From Bacteroidales bacterium (GTDB lineage: Bacteria > Bacteroidota > Bacteroidia > Bacteroidales > UBA1556), in contig WGCS01000114.1 of the NCBI GenBank assembly GCA_015493685.1, positions 1 through 55,501 of the forward strand: 55,501 nucleotides of DNA, given 5' to 3'. Shown one piece after another: positions 1 to 7,900 of the stretch. The translations under genes and the position numbers were made by a program. A model generated the notes under the pieces. It did not search any database, was not told the DNA's origin, and saw only the letters and a program-made list of their open reading frames with translations. Position 1 is the first letter of the stretch. Every line of letters begins with the position of its first letter.

Positions 1-2
1 CA

Positions 3-122
3 AACTTTGACCAATTTGATAGCCAGTATATCAATGAGATACAGCATAAAATCAATAGGAGGCCAAGGGAAACACTTGATTTTGTTAACCCGAAAGAACT
101 ATTTTATAAATTTGTAAACTGA
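3..122 (+). mobile_element. IS30-family transposase, 3' end only (truncated by the window edge)
   Basis: Frame +3 reads NFDQFDSQYINEIQHKINRRPRETLDFVNPKELFYKFVN*. The N-x-RPR-x-x-L-x-F-x-x-P-x-E-x-F tail is the conserved C-terminus of IS30-type DDE transposases. The ORF is open to the window edge, and the right inverted repeat cannot be delimited without the left end. Confidence 0.6.
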
Positions 123-208
123 AAATTGCGTTTGCGACTTGAACCTACCGTCACTCTCAAGAGGAAGAATAATACACTTATTATTTATTTTTTCATTAAC
201 TTTGCCCT

Positions 209-784
209 ATGCATCTTCAGAATAAAAATAAGGAAATCCATTTATCAGGCATGTATAGTGACTGTTGCAAACGACTATTGAAGTTAACATTAGAGAAAGA
301 AGCCATTCCTTATATCTCAGTGGGTACGAACTCCATTATTTTCCCTGAAACTGTAAGCAAGTCCATCATCACCTCCTTCCTTAGCCGAAATAAATTTGTC
401 CAAATTATAGATAAGAATCAGATTCTAGTCAAAGAAATAAAAACCGCAGTAATAGAATTGGTTCATTATGCCAACAATAACAACAGTATAATTAGAAATT
501 CAGACTATTTAGTCGATAAAATAGGTAAATCATACCAATATTTAAGCAGTATATTTGTAGAATATGAAAATCGCACACTGGAGAAATTTATTATTGCACA
601 TAAAATAGAACGAACCAAGGTCCTGCTATTGCAAAACGAGATGAGTTTGAGTGAAATAGCCTATCAAATGGGATATTCCAGTGTTCAATATCTCAGCAAT
701 CAATTTAAAAAAACCACCGGAATTACCGTTTCAGAATTTAAGAAGCAGAGAAATACACTCCCCATTGCATTGGAAGATATTTAG
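209..784 (+). CDS. AraC/XylS-family transcriptional regulator with an HMA-like N-terminal domain
   Basis: The C-terminal ~100 aa form a classic double HTH (LSEIAYQMGYSSVQYLSNQFKKTTGITVSEFKK). The N-terminal ~70 aa has GMYSDCC where heavy-metal-associated domains carry GMxCxxC. Confidence 0.8.
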   Translation: MHLQNKNKEIHLSGMYSDCCKRLLKLTLEKEAIPYISVGTNSIIFPETVSKSIITSFLSRNKFVQIIDKNQILVKEIKTAVIELVHYANNNNSIIRNSDYLVDKIGKSYQYLSSIFVEYENRTLEKFIIAHKIERTKVLLLQNEMSLSEIAYQMGYSSVQYLSNQFKKTTGITVSEFKKQRNTLPIALEDI

Positions 785-941
785 AAGCGCTTAAAAACTT
801 TAACAAAAAAGTTAATAACTCTTCAAATTTTCTTAGTCCACAAAGCTTAGGGCATTTAGTTTTTCATTAAACTTGCATAATCGAAAAACGCTTTCGACTG
901 TACATTATTACTATCTGATTGACAATAAGATACATGAATTA

Positions 942-2459
942 ATGAGAAAGATTAAGAATGCATTAGTTTCCGTATTTCACAAGGAAGGACTTGATGAGAT
1001 ATTACAAAATCTGGTAAAAAATGGGGTAGCTCTTTATTCCACCGGAGGCACTTATGATTACATCAGTAAATTAGGCATTAAGGCACATAAGGTAGAAGAC
1101 TTAACAAGCTATCCAAGCATATTGGGAGGGCGTGTAAAGACTTTACATCCAAAGGTATTTGGAGGTATATTAGCCCGTCGTGAGCTTAATGAAGACCTCC
1201 AACAGCTGGATAGTTACGAAATTCCTCAATTTGATTTAGTAATTGTCGATTTGTATCCTTTTGAAGAGACGCTTGCCATTACCAAGGATGAGACAAGCAT
1301 CATTGACAAAATAGATATTGGAGGAATCTCACTCATCCGTGCTGCTGCTAAGAACTACAAGGACGTCCTTGTTCTTTCCTCTAAAGATAACTATTCCGAT
1401 TTTCTAGCATTGTTAAAGGACAAAAAAGGAGAGACCGATATTTCTGATCGTAAATATTATGCTGCCAAAGCATTCGCCATAAGTTCCAATTATGACACTG
1501 CTATTTTCAATTATTTCAACGAAGGGAAAGCTATCCCTGCCTTACGCATCAGCGAAGACAGCTCCAAAGCACTACGCTACGGAGAAAACCCTCATCAGAA
1601 AGCTTTCTTCTTTGGAAAAATAGAAGAGACCGTAGAACAACTTAACGGAAAAGAGATTTCCTATAATAATATATTGGATATTGATGCCGCTATCCGCTTG
1701 ATTCACGATTTTGAAGAATGCACTTTTGCCATTTTAAAACATAATAATGCCTGCGGAATAGCAAGTAGAGAAACCGTATTTGAAGCTTGGAAAGCCGCCC
1801 TTGAAGGCGACCCTGTCTCTTCATTTGGCGGAGTTCTTATCTGCAACAATGGCATTGATTTGGACACGGCAAAAGAGATAGACAAGTTATTTTACGAAGT
1901 GCTGATTGCTCCTGAATTTGCTCCCGAAGCCTTAACATTATTGAGCAAAAAATCAAAACGTATTTTATTACGTCTTAAGGCTACTGATTTTTCCAAGGAG
2001 ATTGTGCGCACTGCATTAAATGGATTTCTAGCACAAGACACTGATACCAAAATAGAGTCAGCTGCAGATATGAAAGTGGTAACAAAAGTGGCCCCAAAAG
2101 ATACGGAATACGAAGATTTAATTTTCGCCAACAAGGTAGTAAAACATTCCAAAAGCAACGCCATGGTAATAGTGCGAAACAAGCAACTTATTGCCAGTGG
2201 AATAGGCGAGACATCACGGGTAGATGCATTTAAACAAGCTATAGAGAAAGCGGGAAACTTCAGAAAAACCATTGCAGGTTCCGTTCTTGCCAGTGATGCC
2301 TTTTTCCCATTTTCAGATAATGTAAAGTTAGCACACTCTTTTGGAATAAATACCGTTATTCAACCCGGCGGTTCACGTAGGGATCAGGATTCGATAGATT
2401 ATTGTAACGAACATGGAATGGCCATGTGCTTTACAGGAATTCGTCATTTTAAACATTAA
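942..2459 (+). CDS. purH: Bifunctional AICAR transformylase / IMP cyclohydrolase
   Basis: MGS-like N-domain (ALVSVFHKEGL, LYSTGGT, KTLHPKV) followed by an AICARFT domain (RYGENPHQ, ILKHNNACG). I moved the start to ATG 942 (MRKIKNAL) because the 873 extension is not PurH-like. Confidence 0.95.
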   Translation: MRKIKNALVSVFHKEGLDEILQNLVKNGVALYSTGGTYDYISKLGIKAHKVEDLTSYPSILGGRVKTLHPKVFGGILARRELNEDLQQLDSYEIPQFDLVIVDLYPFEETLAITKDETSIIDKIDIGGISLIRAAAKNYKDVLVLSSKDNYSDFLALLKDKKGETDISDRKYYAAKAFAISSNYDTAIFNYFNEGKAIPALRISEDSSKALRYGENPHQKAFFFGKIEETVEQLNGKEISYNNILDIDAAIRLIHDFEECTFAILKHNNACGIASRETVFEAWKAALEGDPVSSFGGVLICNNGIDLDTAKEIDKLFYEVLIAPEFAPEALTLLSKKSKRILLRLKATDFSKEIVRTALNGFLAQDTDTKIESAADMKVVTKVAPKDTEYEDLIFANKVVKHSKSNAMVIVRNKQLIASGIGETSRVDAFKQAIEKAGNFRKTIAGSVLASDAFFPFSDNVKLAHSFGINTVIQPGGSRRDQDSIDYCNEHGMAMCFTGIRHFKH

Positions 2460-2477
2460 ACATTATTATTAATAGCT

Positions 2478-3500
2478 ATGGGATTATTTTCATTTTTAAA
2501 CAAAGACATTGCCATTGATTTGGGCACAGCTAATACCATCATTATCCACAACGACAAGGTGGTAGTTGACGAGCCATCGATAGTAGCCATTGATCGCAAA
2601 AGCGAAAAAATTATTGCTGTTGGTAAAAAGGCTTTAATGATGCATGGTAAAACACACCAAAATATAATAACAATACGTCCATTACGAGATGGGGTTATTG
2701 CCAACTTTCAAGCAGCAGAGTTTATGATTCGAGAGATGATAAAGCTTATCAATCCAAAGAAATCAATATTTCCATCGAGTTTAAAAATGGTTGTTTGTAT
2801 TCCTTCCGGCATCACCGAAGTAGAAGAGCGCGCAGTAAGGGATTCGGCAGAACAGGCCGGGGCCAAAGATGTACGACTTATCCACGAGCCGATGGCAGCA
2901 GCCATTGGAATAGGCATTGACGTATTGGAACCCACAGGAAATATGATTATTGATATTGGAGGAGGAACCTCTGAGATTGCGGTGATAGCACTTGGCGGCA
3001 TTGTAAACAATACTTCCATCCGTATTGCCGGCGATGATTTCACAGAAGATATAGTAGAATATATGCGTAAGCATCATAATATTAATATTGGAGAGCGCAC
3101 TGCCGAAAGAATTAAGATTGAAGTTGGAGCCGCCACCACAGACTTGGAAAGCCCACCTGAAGACTATGCTGTACACGGACGCGATATGCTTACCGGTATC
3201 CCCAAAGAGATACTAGTCAACTACATAGAAATTGCAGGAGCCTTAGACAAATCCATTGCTAAAATTGAGTCGGCAGTACTTAATGCGTTGGAGAATACAC
3301 CACCGGAGCTTTCTGCTGATATTTTCCGTACAGGAATATACCTCGCAGGTGGAGGATCACTACTTCGAGGCTTGGACAAACGAATTCATTTACGAACAAA
3401 GCTACCTGTACATGTAGCCGAAGACCCATTGCGTGCTGTAGCTAGAGGAACAGGTATTGCCTTGAAAAACTTTGATAAATTTACTTTCCTTATTAAATAA
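2478..3500 (+). CDS. mreB: Rod-shape-determining actin homologue MreB
   Basis: DIAIDLGTANT, DIGGGTSEIAV and LAGGGSLLRGLD are actin-fold phosphate/adenosine motifs. The gene lies 18 nt after purH and upstream of mreC/mreD. Confidence 0.95.
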   Translation: MGLFSFLNKDIAIDLGTANTIIIHNDKVVVDEPSIVAIDRKSEKIIAVGKKALMMHGKTHQNIITIRPLRDGVIANFQAAEFMIREMIKLINPKKSIFPSSLKMVVCIPSGITEVEERAVRDSAEQAGAKDVRLIHEPMAAAIGIGIDVLEPTGNMIIDIGGGTSEIAVIALGGIVNNTSIRIAGDDFTEDIVEYMRKHHNINIGERTAERIKIEVGAATTDLESPPEDYAVHGRDMLTGIPKEILVNYIEIAGALDKSIAKIESAVLNALENTPPELSADIFRTGIYLAGGGSLLRGLDKRIHLRTKLPVHVAEDPLRAVARGTGIALKNFDKFTFLIK

Positions 3501-3537
3501 TTAAGGAATACTTAATACGCTTAAACCAATAGCAAGA

Positions 3538-4368
3538 ATGAGAAATCTGATTCTTTTCTTTATTAAAAACTCATTTTTCTTCCTCTTCTTGCTATTGGAA
3601 GCATTGGCTTTCCTTCTTATTGTATCTAATAATTCATATCAGCGTTCTTCGTTTATTAGCGCTTCCAATGGTTTCACTTCCAATATTCTCTCCTTTGCTT
3701 CCAATACAAGCGACTATTTCAACTTAAAGGAAGAGAACCTTAAATTATCTCGTGAGAATGCTTTTTTAAGATCCCAACTTAAAGAATCAAATCTTTGGCG
3801 TAATGATAGTATTAAAGTGGTTGTTGACAGCAATAAAGAACAAATGTATAGCTATCAAGAAGCCACTGTCATTAACAATAGTTTTCAGAATCGCAATAAC
3901 TATATTATCTTAAACAAAGGAAGTATCAATGGGGTAAAAACCGATATGGGAGTCATTTCATCCCATGGTGTTGTAGGAATTGTTAATAGTGTTTCAACCC
4001 ATTTCTGCAGTGTAATATCCATACTCCATAAAAAATCTGCCATTGATGCAAAAATCACCTCCAATGGATATACAGGCACAACCTATTGGCCAGGAGGAGA
4101 TTACTCTTCTTGCAAACTTAAAAATATACCTTCTCATGCTAAATTTGCTATTGGAGACACCATTGTTACCAGTGGGAATTCAAGCATCTTCCCTCCCCAA
4201 ATTCCCATCGGTTATATCAGTAAATATAAATTAAATAAAGGAAGAAACTTTTACGATATTAGCTTTCAATTTAGCACCGATTATAATAAACTTGATCATG
4301 TTTATATCATTAATAACTTATTGAGCACAGAACTAAATAAAATTAAGGAGGATAATAATGAAAACTAA
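3538..4368 (+). CDS. mreC: Rod-shape-determining protein MreC
   Basis: N-terminal TM helix, a coiled-coil (LKEENLKLSRENAFLRSQL), then a beta-barrel domain (GVVGIV, VTSG). Its position between mreB and mreD supports the call. Confidence 0.85.
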   Translation: MRNLILFFIKNSFFFLFLLLEALAFLLIVSNNSYQRSSFISASNGFTSNILSFASNTSDYFNLKEENLKLSRENAFLRSQLKESNLWRNDSIKVVVDSNKEQMYSYQEATVINNSFQNRNNYIILNKGSINGVKTDMGVISSHGVVGIVNSVSTHFCSVISILHKKSAIDAKITSNGYTGTTYWPGGDYSSCKLKNIPSHAKFAIGDTIVTSGNSSIFPPQIPIGYISKYKLNKGRNFYDISFQFSTDYNKLDHVYIINNLLSTELNKIKEDNNEN

Positions 4369-4882
4369 GATTATTCTTATTAACGCAATCCGTTTTATCC
4401 TACTTATACTTGCCCAGGTATTTATTTTCAACAAAATTAATCTTGGAGGCTGGTTAAACCCAATGATATATCCTTTATTTATTTTATTATTACCTTTTGA
4501 AACTCCAAAGAATCTTCTTTTATTACTCGCTTTTATCTTAGGATTGAGTGTAGATTTATTTACCGGAAGCATAGGTTTAAATGCGGGAGCAAGTGTCTTT
4601 ATGGCTTTTCTACGTCCTTTATCATTGCGTACCATAAGAACACGAAGAGACTATAAAGCCGGAATTATGCCCGGCATTAATGACCTTGGTTACTCATGGT
4701 TTATAAGCTATACGCTGGTCTTGCTCTTTGCCCACCAATTATTCTACTTTACTTTTGAGACTTTTAGTTTCTCCGAAATTGGCTTTACATTAATTCGTAT
4801 TGTTATCAATACTCTTTTCAGTAGTCTTATTATCCTATTTATTGATATTCTATTTAAAAGCCAAGCAAAAAAACAACGGTAA
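4358..4882 (+). CDS. mreD: Rod-shape-determining protein MreD
   Basis: Small polytopic membrane protein. It overlaps the mreC stop by 11 nt, which is the canonical position. Confidence 0.75.
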   Translation: MKTKIILINAIRFILLILAQVFIFNKINLGGWLNPMIYPLFILLLPFETPKNLLLLLAFILGLSVDLFTGSIGLNAGASVFMAFLRPLSLRTIRTRRDYKAGIMPGINDLGYSWFISYTLVLLFAHQLFYFTFETFSFSEIGFTLIRIVINTLFSSLIILFIDILFKSQAKKQR

Positions 4883-4901
4883 AAAAGGCTAATTAATCTA
4901 A

Positions 4902-7900
4902 CTATTTCTTAAGTAATACCGTCGTAATTCTTTCACTACCTTCGGAGAGGGATAAATAATATACTCCGGCTTCAAAAGTACTAACATCCACTTGTATCGT
5001 TTGTGATCCCTTGACTAATCCAAGAGAATTAGAATAAATTATTTGCCCAAGAGAATTTCTAATTTCCAATAAAGCCAAATTGGCTTTAGGACTAAGAATA
5101 TCAATATACGCGCTGGTAAGAGAAGGGTTGGGATAAATATTAACTATCTCTAACTTCTTGGCAGTACGTTGTACATATACCCAATCATACACTCTATCAA
5201 TTCCATCCAAGTCCACATTTCTCAATCGGTAATAGGCAGCTTCCAAAGGTTTTTTATCAAGCATTTCATATTTTTGTAATGTATTACTATTCCCTTTCGA
5301 TTGCAAACGTCCCACAGAGCTAATCTCTTTAGTATCAGGGTTAAGACGTTGAACCTCAAAATAGTCAACATTACTTTCTGAAGCTGTTTGCCATGCAATA
5401 GCATTAAAATCAGTACGTGCAAAAGCCTTAAACATCAACAATTCTATGGGCAGACTACCATCATAAGCATTTCCGGCAGCACCGCCACCACCACCACTAA
5501 AATGACGAATAATAAATTCGGAATAATTAGCAGAGCCTAATGTACCACTCGCCCAACGGTCGGTAGAAGCAGATGCCGCATGGGAATATATCCATGCACC
5601 ATCAGCATCATAAGCCGTTGCCTTGGGCACATCTACCTGCCCATCGGCAGGATTTGGATTATACCCGGCTGAATTCAAATCATTTATTTTAAGGAAAGAT
5701 AAATCAGTTAAACTTGCCACGGTAGAACGACCTGCATTTGTTAAAGCAGTATTCAAATCATTAAAATCAGCTGAAGTATAATAAAAACGAACTTTCACAT
5801 CGCTAGCTGGCTGCGTTGTTGGAGTTAGCTCCCAATAACGATTAAAAACATACCAACCACTAAAAGAAGAAGTATAAGGAGCTACAGAAGGGCTAATTTC
5901 ACTGGCACCGGCAGCACCTGCTACAGTAACAGTGGTAGCTCCCAACTCATTAGAATTCTTCTTTACTGAGAGCAGTATATTATCATCAGAATAGTCCGCC
6001 GCAGTACCGTTATCATCATAATAGTGTGTCCAACTATTACTATCATCACATTCGTAATCCGATACACGTGAAGTGCCATCAGTGGAGGCTACAGTATGAG
6101 CTGCTCCACCGGGAATGCCATGATAATCAGTTTCTGCAGGAGCACTAATCTCCGAATTCCCTTCAACAGTAACAACTAAATTACTGCCTGTATTATTGGC
6201 CGAGAAGGTAGTAGCCACAACCACATAGTCTGTTGCTGCAGAAAGTGCCTGAGAAGCAATCTTTGAAGAGTCAATAGAATTATAATCATCATTGGAAGCA
6301 ATTAAGTTGGTAGAGGGATTGGCAGGATCAAAACTTGGACTATAGAGATATAGGTATCCATCAAAACTTGAACTCACTCGCCAATCACCAATAATATCAT
6401 AATTACCACCATCAGCCACTCTAAAAGTGTATTCATCATAGAAATACAAACTACCACTCCCACCATCTCTTATATAATAAGGTGAACATTTACTTAATTT
6501 TCCATTGGTCTTTGTAGCTCCATCAAATAACATTACATTATCAATATTGCAATCATTTCCATAGGCACTGGTTCCAAGAAAACCAATATTAGTAATGCCT
6601 GACATAGAAGATAAATCAACATAATAACGCACCCAACCAACAGTGGTAGAATAACGGTATATGGCATTTGATAGATACCAAGATCCACTAATTTTATATG
6701 CAACTTGAACTTTATCGGTATCACTACTATACCCATCGTCATGATACATCCAAAAAGAAAACATCGGTTTGCTAAGAGTACTAAGGTCTAAATCAGGACT
6801 AGAAATTAATGTTTGATCCCCTTCATCTGCGGTATAACTATTGAATGACAACACCTTATTTCCGTCCTCTGCTGAACCTGAAGGATGCAGCATGCCTGTA
6901 TTAATATCCCACTGTCCGGAAGAACCTGTTACATCACCTTGTGTCCAACAATTAGTACCTTCGAAACTCTCATTATAAGGAAATACCGATATTGTACCTC
7001 CACAGCTCGTAGTAAAGTTCAACTCATTACCATAGGCCGTACCATTAGCATTGGTAGCATACGCCCGCACATAATAAGTTGTTGAATTCGACAATGAAGT
7101 TAGAGAACTCGAATAAGAACCTGTACCAGTGCCGGAAGCAATATCATCGGTATAACTATCGGCAATAGTAGGACTAGTAGAAGTACTCCAGCAAACACCC
7201 TTATGAGTAAGTGATGCGCCATTGGTAGAAGTAACATCACCCCCACTTGTGGCTGACGACGCAGTAATAGAACTTACCACTGCAGTAGTTACAGAAGGAG
7301 CACCAAGGGTAGTAGCGCTGCCAACAAGTGCCGGCATAAGATAACAGTTATCAGTTGTATCATACTCATAAACAGCATAATAATAAGCAGTTCCACCATT
7401 AAGATTATTAACATTAGCTGAAGTAGCTGTTCCGTTATAAACCACATAATTTCCTGTGCCAATTTCATCACCTGAGCCAAACGCCATATTAGCAGAATAA
7501 GCTGTTCCACTGGAAGGGTTAGCATCCACAGCAGCGTCTTCATGAGCCAGTACGATAACTTTATCACCATTTCCTCTAGTCCAAGAAACTGTCATTGAAT
7601 TGACATCCAAATTAGACGTTGCAAAATTAGATGCTTGTGTAACCGGAGCAGTACAAGATGTACTATTTAATGGCGACGACCATATTCCTCTACCTGATGA
7701 GCCGGCATAAAGCAAGGAATTAGCAGGAGTAGCATTATCGTAATAAATTGCCAAATCATTAATCACAACATTGGGTAAACCTACCATATACGAAGTCCAA
7801 TTATTAGTACCATCTTTCAGATAAATGCCCACATCTGTTCCCACATACAATTCAACATTACCGGTATTCAATTTATTTTGAATAACACACATAATTGGAA

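Noticed and set aside
873-941. N-terminal extension of the purH ORF in the ORF track (MHNRKTLSTVHYYYLIDNKIHEL).
   Set aside because: It is not PurH-like. The conserved MGS-like domain begins right after the ATG at 942, and the extension is most likely read-through of the upstream leader.
785-941. Looked for a ZTP (pfl) riboswitch upstream of purH.
   Set aside because: The conserved GGGUCGUGACUGGCG / CCGCCUGGGCA cores are not present. Only a trivial 6-bp hairpin (tcgaaa/tttcga) is seen.
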